From: Callorhinchus milii
Taxonomy: Eukaryota
Assembly (NCBI RefSeq): GCF_018977255.1
Contig: NW_024704743.1
Location: 100,194,001-100,258,000 of the forward strand
Direction of reading: 5' to 3'
Length of the DNA: 64,000 nucleotides
In this document: positions 13,265-25,060 of the stretch, piece by piece
How positions within the stretch are numbered: position 1 is the first letter of the stretch
Layout of the letters: every line of letters begins with the position of its first letter
Translations under genes and position numbers: made by a program
Notes under the pieces: generated by a model
What the model saw: only the letters and a program-made list of their open reading frames with translations
Told to the model about the DNA's origin: nothing
Database searches by the model: none

Positions 13265-13376
13265 TACAATACAATACAAAATTACATGTGTAAACCGCCT
13301 TTCATAGCGGGAGGACGTCCCAAGGTGCTGAACAGTCAGAGATTAGGACCCGAGCCAGGGGGGAATGGGATCAAGG
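13265..13376 (-). mobile_element. L2 terminal stem-loop and tail with (TTGTA)n
   Basis: Minus strand reads ccttgatcccattcccccctggctcgggtcc...ccttgggacgtcctcccgctatgaaaggcg...ttgtattgtattgt. Confidence 0.85.
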
Positions 13377-13595
13377 TTTTTTAAAAAAAATATGTATTTA
13401 TTTATAAATTTAATATTTGGTACAACAGAAATCCAAAACAAACACAACGTACAACATCTTCTGTTACAATTTTCACTTTCTCCTGATAGAAAAATATTCC
13501 CTTCTTTACGTTACATTCCTTCACTGTTCACAAGTTGGATGCACATTTTTGGGGATATTCTCTTTAAAACAGTGGTTAGATGCCCCTGTGCGCAC
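13377..13595 (-). mobile_element. Remainder of the same Tx1-like 3' UTR with AATAAA and a short poly(A), now on the opposite strand
   Basis: The minus strand starts GTGCGCACAGGGGC (identical to 11626-11639) and ends AATAAATACATATTTTTTTTAAAAAA. Confidence 0.7.
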
Positions 13596-13608
13596 ATGAA
13601 TGTAGTGG

Positions 13609-14208
13609 CTTGGGGGGTGGGGGGGGAGCTGGGGTGGGGGGGGGGGAGCTGGGGTGGGGGGGGGAGCTGGGAGGGTGGGGGGTGTGGGTGGGGAGCTGGG
13701 GGGTGTGGGTGGGGTGGGGTGGGAGCTGGGGTGGGGGTCTGGGTGGGGGGAGCTGGGGTGGGTGTGGGGGGGGAGCTGGGTTGGTGGGGGGGAGCTGGGG
13801 TGTGGGGGGGGAGCTGGGGGTGTGTGTGGGGGGAGCTGGGGGGGTGTGGGGGAGCTGGGGTGTGTGGGGGGGTGGGGGGCTGTGTGTGGGGTGTGTGTGG
13901 GTGGGTGTGTGGGGGGTGGGGGGGGTGTGTGGGGGGTGGGGGGTGTGTGTGGGGGTGTGTGGGGGGTGGGGGGGGGGTGTGGGGGTTGGGGGGCTGTGTG
14001 TGGGGTGTGTGTGGGTGGGTGTGAGGGGGGGTGGGGGTGTGTGTGTGGGGGGGTGGGGGGTGTGTGGTTGTGTGTGTGTGGGGGGTGATGGGGGTGTGTG
14101 TGTGGGTGTGTGTGTGGGGGGGTGATGGGGGTGTGTGTGGGGGGTTGGCTGCGGGTGTGTGTGGGGGGTGGCGGTGTGTGTGGGGGGTGGGGGTGTGTGG
14201 GGGGGGTG

Positions 14209-14248
<40 letters not shown>

Positions 14249-15088
14249 GTGTGGGTATGTGTGTGTGTGTGGGGGTGTGTGTGGGGGGTGGGGTGTGTGT
14301 GTGGGGGGGGTGGGGGGGTTATGTGTGGCTGGGTGTGTGTGGGTGTGTGTGTGTGGGGGTGTGTGTGTGGGGGGTGTGTGTGTGTGGGGGGGGTGTGTGT
14401 GTGGGGGGGTGGGTATGTGTGGCTGGGTGTGTGTGGGTGTGTGTGTGTGGTGTGTGTGTGTGTGTGTGGGGGGAGGTGTGTGTGGGGGGTGGGGGGTGTG
14501 TGTGGGGGTGGGGGGGTATGTGTGGCTGTGTGTGTGGGGGTGTGTGTGTGGGGGTGTGTGTGGGGGGGGGTGGTGGGTGTGTGGGTGTGGGGGGTGTGTG
14601 TGGGGGGTGGGGGGGGGGTGTGTGGGGGGGTGGGTATGTGTGGCTGGGTGTGTGTGGGTGTGTGTGTGTGTGGGGTGTGTGTGGGTGTGTGTGTGTGGGT
14701 GTGTGGGGGGGGTGGGGGGTTATGTGTGGCTGGTGTGTGTGGGTGTGTGTGTGGGGGTGTGTGTTTGTGTGTGGGGGGGGGTGTGTGGGGGGGTGGTATG
14801 TGTGGCTGGGTGTGTGTGGGTGTGTGTGTGTGTGGGTGTGTGTGGGTGGGGGCGGGGGGGGTATGTGTGGCTGGGTGTGTGTGTGTGGGGGGGGTGTGTG
14901 GGTGTGTGTGTGGGGGGGGTGGTGTGTGTGTGTGTGGGTGTTGGTGTGGGGTGTGTTGTGTGTGGGGGGGGGGAAGCTGGCTGGGTGTGTGGGGGGGGGG
15001 GGGGTGGTGTGTGGGGGTGTGTGTGTGTGTGTGGGGGGGGAAGCTGGCTGGGTGTGTGAGTGGGGTGTGAGTGGGGGGTGTGGGGGAG
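13609..15088. repeat. G/GT-rich low-complexity tract (GGGG runs, (GT)n, GGGAGCTGGGG units)
   Basis: About 1.5 kb composed almost entirely of G and T on the + strand. Confidence 0.97.
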
Positions 15089-15093
15089 CGGCT

Positions 15094-15124
15094 CAGGAAG
15101 TTTGCGCTGCAGCTCCTAATAAGG
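15094..15124. promoter_or_regulatory. ETS site (CAGGAAGT) next to a perfect CArG box (CCTAATAAGG) in the MYL promoter
   Basis: CAGGAAGT at 15094-15101 and CC(A/T)6GG at 15115-15124, about 300 bp upstream of the exon 1 donor. A second CAGGAAG lies at 15390. Confidence 0.6.
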
Positions 15125-15384
15125 AGATCTCTCTCATCAGCAGATTGTACCACACGGCCCGGGCACAGGGAGAGGGGTGATCCAGACCAGTACCGCCACA
15201 TAAAATACGCGCGCGAGGGAGAACATAAAGATACAAAACAAATGAAAACAAACCAAGTGTGAGCGGATGGCTATAGTCTGGTTAGTTCCCGAAGAGCTGT
15301 TTGTGATGGGGATCACTGTCCAGCCTCCCCCTCCCCCCCCCCCGCAGTGCCGAGTGATGGTGTTGTCCTGGTGGTTTCCGGCGG

Positions 15385-15466
15385 TTGGTCAGGAAGCGGC
15401 TCAGAGAGAGAGAGAGAGACACAGAGACGCGGACTCCTCGGCTCTCACTGACCCGCTCAGCACCAG
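15385..15466 (+). other. MYL12: Probable non-coding exon 1 of the myosin regulatory light chain gene (5' boundary approximate)
   Basis: CpG-rich island at about 15085-15570 with a strong donor CACCAG|GTGAGG at 15466/15467. MYL12/MYL9 genes have a non-coding first exon, and exon 2 here carries only 18 nt of UTR. Confidence 0.65.
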
Positions 15467-15589
15467 GTGAGGGCCCCCCCCCCGGGCCTGTGGTATTGTC
15501 TCCCCCGCACAGTCCCCGCCCTTTGCAGCGGGTGGTGGAGGGGCATTTAGCGGAGGCGGGAGCGGGGGATCTCTCTCAGGGTGAGGAGG

Positions 15590-16745
15590 GGAATGGAGTG
15601 ATCTCTTTGAGAAGAGGTGATCTCTCTTTGGGAGGGAGGAGGGAGGGAGAGGAGAGGAGGTGATCCCTGGGAGGGAGGGAGAGGAGGTGATCTCTTTGGG
15701 AGGGAGAGGAGGTGATCTCTGAGAGGGAGAGGAGTTGATCTCTTTGGGAAGGAGAGGAGGTGATCTCTTTGGGAGGGAGAGGAGGTGATCTCTGAGGGAG
15801 GAGAGGAGGTGATCTTTTGGGAGGGAGAGGAGGTGATCTCTGAGGGAGGGAGAGGAGGTGATCTCTTTGGGAGGGAAGGAGGTGATCTCTGAGGGAGGGA
15901 GAGGAGGTGATCTCTGAGGGAGGGAGAGGAGGTGATCTCTGAGGAGGGAGAGGAGGTGATCTCTGAGGGAGGGAGAGGAGGTGATCTCTTTGGGAGGGAG
16001 AGGAGGTGATCTCTGAGGGAGGGAGAGGAGGTGATCTCTGAGGGAGGGAGAGGAGGTGATCTCTGAGGGAGGGAGAGGAGGTGATCTCTTTGGGAGGGAG
16101 AGGAGGTGATCTCTGAGGGAGGGAGAGGAGGTGATCTCTTTGGGAGGGAGAGGAGGTGATCTCTTTGGGAGGGAGAGGAGGTGATCTCTGAGGGAGGGAG
16201 AGGAGGTGATCTCTTTGGGAGGGAGAGGAGGTGATCTCTGAGGGAGGGAGAGGAGGTGATCTCTTTGGGAGGGAGAGGAGGTGATCTCTTTGGGAGGGAG
16301 AGGAGGTGATCTCTTTGGAGGAGAGGAGGTGATCTCTGAGAGGGAGAGGAGGTGATCTCTTTGGGAGGGAGAGGAGGTGATCTCTTTGGGCGGGAGGAGG
16401 GAGAGGAGTTGATCTCTTTGGGAGGGAGAGGAGGTGATCTCTTTGGGAGGGAGAGGAGGTGATCTCTTTGGGAGGGAGAGGAGGTGATCTCTGAGAGGGA
16501 GAGGAGGTGATCTCTTGGAGGGAGAGGAGGTGATCTCTTTGGGAGGGAGAGGAGGTGATCTCTTTGGGAGGGAGAGGAGGTGATCTCTGAGAGGGAGAGG
16601 AGGTGATCTCTTTGGGAGGGAGAGGAGGTGATCTCTTTGGGAGGGAGAGGAGGTGATCTCTTTGGGAGGGAGAGGAGGTGATCTCTCTGAGAGGGAGAGG
16701 AGGTGATCTCTCTGAGAGGGAGAGGAGGTGATCTCTTTGGGAGAG
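15590..16745. repeat. ~25-bp purine-rich minisatellite (GGGAGGGAGAGGAGGTGATCTCTTT and ...CTCTGA variants) in MYL intron 1
   Basis: Directly visible tandem array of about 45 units with two interspersed variants. Confidence 0.97.
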
Positions 16746-18962
16746 GGTGAAATCGGGTGATCCAGTATTATGTTTTGGCGAGTTGCTGCCTCACTGAGAG
16801 CCATTTCCTGCAGCAGTCAGTCGACTTTAGTAAAGATGTGGGGGTTGGGGTGGAGAAGGTGTGACTGTCTTTATAGAAACTCACTGCTGTGGTTAACTTC
16901 CGGGAGATTAGCTTTTCCTGTCAAGTGTTGCAATTGACTTAAGAGTCAGTACCTTCTCGCTGTTTAACAGTTGAAGTTGTTTCTTGAACAATAGTACTAC
17001 TACTAATAATAATCCTTACATTTGAAATAGTGCCTGTCATGTTGGAATAATGTCACAAAGTGCTTTACAGGATTTACAATATTTTGCTGGCAAATGTGGC
17101 ACCAAAATATATGCTGACAATTGTGTCCATAATGGTTGAAAATTAGCACATAATTGAAGATCGTTCTCCAGTAATATTCTCTTAAGTGGCTTTCTAAAAC
17201 AGCAGGCCCATGTGTCCTTCAAATTTAATTGATCTGGTGTTAAATTTTTTAACTTGGATCAGCATAAGAGAGTATCTAAAAGGTGTTGTTCTTGCCCATT
17301 AATGCTTGATAACATGGATACATTTCGTACTTTGGTAATTCTGTGTTTCACCCACAAAACATGCAGTCATTTCAATTTACAGTATAATCTGTGAAGCGCT
17401 ATGAGACGTCTCAAAGACGTGATAAGGCGCTATATCAAATGTAAGGATTATTATTATTCTGTAGAAGGGTATAACAATTGCTTTGGATATATTAGTGGTA
17501 ATTCTTCATTAAATAAAGACAATTGAGATGAGAACAGTAGCCAACAAACTGATTACATTTGATTATGCATCTATGATGCTGTAATTTTCTTTTGTCTTTG
17601 CATGAGGCAAGTAAAATGGCAGTTTGAATGATGGTTCAGTTGATATTGATGGCACATTTTAAGTTTCATGGTTTGGAATTTTTCCTTAGAAACTACTCAC
17701 TTTTCTAGATTTCAAACTGCTTCCAACTTTTCTAAATAATAATAATAATAATAAATGACAGTCGATGTCAAATTCTTTGCAAAATGAATGCCATGTTCAA
17801 AATAAATGTGTACCACGTTAACATTAGCAAATTAAGGAAGTCATATTTTAAAAGGTAGCCATCTTAACTGCAGAAAGCATAAAAACACTAATAATCTTAA
17901 CTCCTTAGGATGGTTTCTGGTGATCCAATCTTTCATTTTCTCAGTTTTCATTACTTAAGTAATAGTTTTACTTTTTAGGATTCACAAACTTATTTCCAAG
18001 AGATCTGTCCTTTTAAGGCAGCCTTTAAAAATAATCACATTTCAGTTGCTGGGATAAAGCACAATGCGAATACTCCCTGTTGCTCAGTAGGTAAATATCT
18101 CACATGTTTGAGTCAGTTTAGGAAGGGCAAAATAGTTCTGCACACAGAGCGGGCTAGGTAGGAATGAAGAAAAGATGCTATCTGCTTTTTCAGATGAAAG
18201 AAGAGACCAGAACTACAAATGGTGCCTGAAGAACACAAACATTCACTAGCGGATGTCTTTATGCCTATATGTCACACAAGACTAAGTGCTTGTTCATGCT
18301 TTGGGTATGAACTTTGCTAGGTACATTGTGAAATGTTTAAGCAGATGAGTACTTCATGTTTTTCTATGTTGCATTCACAAAACGGGAACTAACTGATCTG
18401 TATTTTATAGGTTGTGCCTGTGGTTTGTTTCTCTGTTCAAATTACAAGGCTTAGTGGAAATTCAGGTTACCAGCCTTAACTTGCTTAAATGAATCCTGCC
18501 AACGTTGCAGCATGTGTGGAATTTTAAGAGGGACAATTTTACTTGCCTGAACATCTACAACCTTATGTTAAGAATATATGTAAACCGTAGCTTGGCGAGA
18601 ATATGAGTTATTCAGTATGGAGAACCTTCTGCAGGAGAGAACTCAGATCGCAGATCAGTTGAAGCTTCTGGAGCACGGAGCTAGGAACGTGGGTGAGAAG
18701 AGTATTGGAAAAATATTTTTTGAGATGAAGGCATTGGAGAAGGGTTTTGGTAGTTGTGGGATGGGGTGGGGCATAAGCAGGTAATGTTGTGTCGCTGAAT
18801 AGAATAACAAGTTTGTGCACCATATGGGTAAACCTAAGTGAGCAGTCAGGTAGGTTGATAGCATTATAGTCAGAGCTACGCAAGTACTTTTACAAATTTG
18901 GTTGTAGTTCCTTTTTCTTCCTTATAATAATAAATAATCCTCGCATTTGATATAGTGCCTTA

Positions 18963-19418
18963 TAGTGACTCCATTCTCGCCCGACTCCATTGGCTCCCTA
19001 TCCTTCAGAGGATCCAGTTCAAGATCCTGGTCCTCACCTACAAAGCCCTCCATGGCCTCACTCCACCCTACCTCTGCGACCTCCTAATCCCCTACCAACC
19101 GCCCGATCCCTCCGCTCAGCCGGCTCTGGCCTTCTCCACGTCCCCCGACCCACCCACCCCACCATTTGCCGGAGAGCCTTCAGCCACTCTGCCCCCAACC
19201 TCTAGGATTCCATCCTCCAATCACTCCGCCTCGCCTCCTCCTTAGCCTCCTTCAAGTCCTGCCTCAAGACCCTCCTCTTCGACCATGCCATCGGCCACTC
19301 CCCCTCCCCTCCTTACCCCCCCAACCCCAGCTTCGGTCTGAAATGCTGTTCTCTGTCCAGCGCCTTGGGACATCCTCCCGACGTGAAAGGCGCTATACAA
19401 ATGTAATCTTGTTGTTGT
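18963..19418 (+). mobile_element. L2 3' fragment inserted into a minus-strand SINE (18925-19545)
   Basis: ARLHWLPILQRIQFKIL and a (TTG)n tail. The SINE sequence gatatagtgccttat resumes as tatcacgtcttc. Confidence 0.9.
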
Positions 19419-21573
19419 TATCACGTCTTCAAGACGTCTCAAAGCGCTTCACAGAACATACTGTAAAGTGAATTGACTGTATATTTTCTGGGCGAAACAC
19501 GGCAGCCAATTGCGCACAGCAGTGTCCCACAAACAGTTGTGGAGGGAGTTCCAGAGATTAGAGGTATAGTGGCTAAAGGCTCAGCAACCAATGGTGGTGC
19601 AGAGGTGGTTGAACATGTGTAGTAAACCTAATTTATTTATTATTATTAAATGATAGATAAATGATAATAAATGATAAATAATAGTTCATCCTTCTCAAAT
19701 AAATGAATCGATTTTGACCTAGTTTTGTTTCCAAAGCAATAACTGTTCAGCCTTTATTTTCTCCTGAAGACTATGATTGTAGAGTCCATGATGGTTATTC
19801 TACACTTTTGAGGTTACACAGGATTGCCAGGAACCTGGAGGGCATGAAGTTTGGAAATAGAATGCCTTATTAAAAACCGTGGTTCAAACAGAGCCAAATA
19901 ACCTTTAAAAAGGGAATTAAAACAGTGTTTGAAAAGGAGAAATGTAAAAGTGGATGGGGAAAAGACATGGGAGTGGAATTAAATAGATGGCTGGTATGAT
20001 GGCCTTCCTTGCTGAAACATTATAAGTTTTGTTCTAAAGGCCTAGTTCTTGAGCAGGTTTACTGGATTGGATTGTGATCTCAATTAGGAACACTTGCTGA
20101 ATTTATTGCCTCTGAGCTCAGCATTACTGAAGCCAATTGTAGAACTTTATTGCTGCAACAAATTAAATGTACAGACATTTTGACATGGGCTCTTCCTTGT
20201 GGTGGATTTTTATGCCGTGCGGGGTTTGCCAACTAAGCCATTGCAGGTATTTGTCCTCGGGTATTTTCAAACATCGACAGCAATATTATTCCAGTAAATT
20301 TTTGGGGGGAGCACACATGAAAGATTCCTTGGCAGAAATGCTATGCTAACGAGTGATGGGATGAGAGTCTGCACTGCAGTACTCCTTGTGCTGAGCGCCT
20401 GACTTCTGCCATGCTTGAACAACTGCCAAGGAAGGCACTTCTGCACAAGGTTAAAAATAATAACAGTATAGGTAGGGCAGTGTTAACAGTGACATCTGGA
20501 CGCTGAGATAGCATTGCTTTGTGATAACAAGTCTTTGCTTCCTCTCAGTGCACAGAAAGATATAAATGCATGCTAAGTGATCTGATGGAATTGCAGGCTC
20601 AGTGATCTGAAGCAAAGGGATTGCTAAGGATACAGATGAAACTGAGGTGGATGAAAATATCCACTAGCCATAAGTACTTTACCTATTTCTGGCTTAGGTA
20701 ACTCTGAATGGGTAACTGTGGAAATATTACAGGAATAAAACTTAAAATGGTTATTTATAATGCTGGAATACCTGCTTTGGATCCTAGACTACATTTTAAA
20801 ATCGATATTCCAAAATGTAAAATCTGGTCCTTTTGTCAAACGTATTTGACCAGAATAAAATCTTTATATAGCAGAGGTGCATCTTTGTGCAGCGGCTGTT
20901 TGGAGGGCTGCCCCCAGTGGCCACAGTTCTCTCCTCCATTTCATTCCAGGTCTTAAACCTATGACAATTTCAATCTTGGTGCTTTTAAAATTTTAATTTT
21001 ATTATGTGTGAATGGCAAAATGCGAGTTTGAAAACTGTTTTTTTGACATCCGTGCATGGAATATACATTGATAGAAGGGAGCAAAGGAGTTGAGGCATAC
21101 CTTCCTCTTAATATAGAGTCACTACAATGTATAGTAAATCCTTCATTTTACAGTAAATCCTGTGAAGCATTTCAGATGTCGACCTGGCATGAATAGTGCT
21201 ATTATCAAGGATGTATAGTATTGTTAAATTTGCTGCAGAACGTTTTGGAAAACCCTTTAAGTTTATCAAATGTTATGATAATACATTGCGAGGAGATGCT
21301 GGCCTTCCTCGAGTCCAAAATCGAGGGAATCCGCTCAACTGCCTCTGCCCTCTCTACTGCCACCCACTCCTCACCTCATGCTCTGGCCCCTACCTATTCC
21401 TCCCTCCACACCTTCTCCCACTTCCTTTGTCTTTGTTGTGTGTTGCTTTTGACCTGTGGTATGTTTGTGCAGTTTTTCCATGTTAAATCTTCAGATTCAG
21501 GTTTGACCCTGGACAAGATCTTGCATTTACTTTTACCGTGCTCTTTCTTTCCTAGACACCACAGACAGCCACC

Positions 21574-21754
21574 ATGTCAACCCGAAAGAAGATGATTAAG
21601 ACCAAGAAGCGTGCTATGCGAGCAACCTCCAATGTATTTGCTATGTTTGATCAGTCGCAGATTCAGGAATTTAAGGAGGCCTTTAACATGATTGATCAAA
21701 ACCGTGATGGTTTTATTGACAAAGAAGACTTGCACGACATGTTGGCTTCACTTG
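21574..21754 (+). CDS. MYL12: Myosin regulatory light chain 12-like, coding exon 1 (MSTRKK...RATSNVF...DMLASL-G)
   Basis: Acceptor ctctttctttcctag|ACACC at 21555/21556, Kozak [19 protein letters not shown] phosphorylation region, EF-hand [12 protein letters not shown], phase-1 donor CTTG|gtaatg. Confidence 0.97.
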
Positions 21755-22870
21755 GTAATGTGGCATTTTAAGTTGAAATTTGGCTTTAATTTCTATGATT
21801 CTTAGAAGACGCCTGTGCTATGTTGCCTAAAATGTTAGGTGTGACTCGAATTGAATTGTTTCATATCACATCACATATGTTACAACTCCAACCCCAGGGT
21901 TGAGTAAGAGTTTACGCATAAAATGGCTGCCCCTCCTTTCCTTTTCCAGATTCAGTGTTGTACAAAATATCTTGTGGTGAAACTTTACAAAGAGTTAGAC
22001 TGATACAGCCTAGAAACATTCAGCCCAACTAATCCGTGCTGGTGTTTTTACTCCACATGAGCCCCTGTCAATCCTATTCCCCTTTTCCTTTCTCCCTTAG
22101 ATATGCATCATCTATTAATGCTATTTGGTTTGACCATAGCTTCCAGCAGCGTTCAACATTCCTACCACCCTTGGTGTGAAGAAGTTCCTCCTAAACTCCC
22201 TTTTAGATGTATTATTAGTTATCATTTGGAATCTTTGTGGTGTGCATTTGCTCCCAGTATTGTTAATTATGCACTTGACAGCCAAAACCCTTAGCTTTAT
22301 CATGAAACTCAGCTCGAGCTAACCCTGGAGTTATCGTGGTAATTTTGCCCTCTTTACTTTTGAAACAAATTGTCAAACAATCCAGCACAATTTTACTTTA
22401 GATAATTGCTTCCTGAGTTTCATGTGGGGAAGTTTCTATAGTAACCAGCACTAAACCATAAGGTTTGGGACTGGAACTTGTATCTGATGCTAATAGCTAT
22501 TTTCAGTCGGGGAGCAGTTCGGAGTGCTACAGTTTCATCCAGGACTCTCATGTCTGTTTTGGTCGAACTTGTGCATGTTGAGTCCGAATGGGATCAGCTG
22601 TGATGACCTTCACTGTAGTTTAGCCAGCTGATACCACATAGCCTAGAAAACTAGAAAAGAATCATGCTGTAGGGCATCCAGTACCTGTAACTATAATCTC
22701 TGATAGAGTCTGCTCAGGAGTGGAGGTAATTGTTCCAAAAAGCTGAACACTGCAGGGTGTTTTACTGAAGTCCATGGCTGGCACAAGTCTGCAGGTAGTG
22801 ATGGTGAATCACCTTTAGCGACTTATATAGAGGTAGAGTGGAGAAAAAAAGCTTTCAGGCATCTTACTGA

Positions 22871-23221
<351 letters not shown>

Positions 23222-23504
23222 TAGGTGGGGACAGGTTGGGGATGATGGAGATGACTCTTCCTCTTGATACAGGGATCCATTAGAAGGGATGTAGCCTAAA
23301 AACCAGAGCCAAAGAAGATGGATCTGAGAGTAAACCATTTGTCACACAGAGGCTTGTTATGATGTAGAATGCTGTGTCTCAGAAAGCTGTAGAGGTGAAA
23401 ATGGGATTGTTTGAAAGAAAGATGGATAGTTACTTGGGTAGTAGAGTTATAAAGCAGTATGCCACAAGGGCTGGGGCATTGGGATTAAAAGATCTACCAG
23501 AAAG

Positions 23505-23811
23505 TGGAGTCCTGTAGCTCAGTGGTTAGAGTATTTGCCTAGCAAGCGGGAGACCTGGGTTTGATTCCCAGCAAGGCGAAACCTTGGGCAAGTTTCCTTA
23601 CTCCACATGCCTGATAATAATCCCTCAAGAAACCCCCACCCCCAAAAATAAATTGGTCACTTCAATCCAAGACTGTTTGCTGTACACAATTGGCTGCCGC
23701 ATTTCACCAAAAAAATAGTGAATTTCACTTTACAGTATATTCTGTGAAGCTCTTTAAGACACCTAGAAGATGTGAAAAGCGCTATATCAAATGCAAGGAT
23801 TAATATATATT
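23505..23811 (+). mobile_element. Young tRNA-headed SINE in the last MYL intron, inserted in a CR1 tail
   Basis: Head TGGAGTCCTGTAGCTCAGTGGTTAGAG through tail AAATGCAAGGATTA. Confidence 0.9.
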
Positions 23812-23949
23812 ACCAAGATCAAGTAAACTGGTGAAAGAGGCTCATTGAGCTGAATGGCCTCCTGTTCCAATTTTTTAATTAATATAGGATGTTGGTTTTG
23901 TTTAGTTTCTCTAAAAGCATTTGTTTTATTTGTTGATTCTCAATACCAG

Positions 23950-24122
23950 GCTATATCCAGGAAGACTACCTAAGAGAGCTGCTGACGACAATGGGAGACC
24001 GGTTTACCGAGGAGGAAGTGGATGAACTTTTCCGGGAAGCGCCAATTAATCAGCAGAATAATTTCGACTATAATGAGTTTACTCGTATACTCAAACATGG
24101 TGCAAGGGACAAAGATGATTAA
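23950..24122 (+). CDS. MYL12: Myosin regulatory light chain 12-like, last coding exon ([19 protein letters not shown]...KHGARDKDD*)
   Basis: Acceptor caataccag|GC, TAA at 24120-24122. Total CDS is 181+162+173=516 nt, i.e. 171 aa plus stop. Residues MMN, QEDY and DEL favour MYL12 over MYL9. Confidence 0.96.
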
Positions 24123-25054
24123 TGGAATGCCAGCTATACAAAAAAAATCCCTTTTGTTCACTCTTATTTTAAAATTTCTACCGAATAGAACATCTTTGCA
24201 TGCCTCGGCTCTAAAATAACCATTGTTTTTCATTATTTATTTTTTTCTGTCATGTTGGCACATTTTGCACACATTTGAACTGTATGAAAAAGCAGTGTAT
24301 AGTGTCTGGCAAGGAATGAAATAAGTATGGAAATGGATTGCTTGATAAAACGCCTTCAATTCCTTTTATAAGTAAAACAAACTTGTTTTTAAGTTAAAAG
24401 GATTGCTAGTATTATCTTACTGATGCAACTACTAATGTGGGGGGTGGGGGGAAGAGAGCACAGATTCCAGACTCCAATAATCTACTCTGAATCGGCATAT
24501 CTGGTTTGGGTCCCATTTTTAAAAAAATACAAATGAAAAATTTTTAATATGCAAATTAACTTCAATTAGTGAAGGTGTGTGCTATAAAAGAAATTTTTGT
24601 GCAATGACATTTGATGATGACACTGTTAACACACAATTTGAGTCCCAAGACAAGCTAATATTTGAATTTGCTTGTCTTCATCGTTAGTTCTCTGAACTGC
24701 TCTATCCGTTTTTTTGAGTATTGGGAGTGACAGGTGATCAGAATGTGCTTTGGCAGTGTTTCTGGATGAAATTAAAGAGAGCATTTAGAATATGGATTTG
24801 AGAAGAGTAGCCAAGTTTCTTGAAGGTTCTTCAAGGATTTCAAAAACAGCTCAAAAGAACGTTCATGTTTTTAATGTTCAGATTTGATCCTGTGAGACTT
24901 GAGTTCTGTGTTTTTTTTAAAATTCTGTCTAAACTGAGCACCAAAGTGTCCCAAGTAACTTTCTGCAGACTGGTATGCAGACTTTTTCTGGCTTATTTTT
25001 GATCATGTTTCATTGTGAACACCCTTCTTATTAAAAGCTTGACTTGAAGTCGAG

Positions 25055-25060
25055 AATAAA
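25055..25060 (+). terminator. Candidate polyadenylation signal of the MYL gene (3' UTR of about 0.95 kb)
   Basis: AATAAA followed ~25-50 nt later by a T/GT-rich tract (gttttatttcttctgctgtgtatttt). The repeat-free UTR-like sequence ends here. Confidence 0.55.

Noticed and set aside
11438..15201. Many long Pro/His/Thr-rich or Gly/Val/Cys-rich ORFs
   Set aside because: These are artefacts of the C-rich and GT-rich low-complexity tracts.
15590..16745. CRISPR-like array
   Set aside because: The units are contiguous with no unique spacers, there are no cas genes, and the context is vertebrate.
15401..16804. 467-aa minus-strand ORF with PKEITSSPS/RDHLLSL/RSPPL repeats
   Set aside because: It is the translation of the 25-bp minisatellite cycling through three frames on a stop-poor strand, antisense within MYL intron 1.
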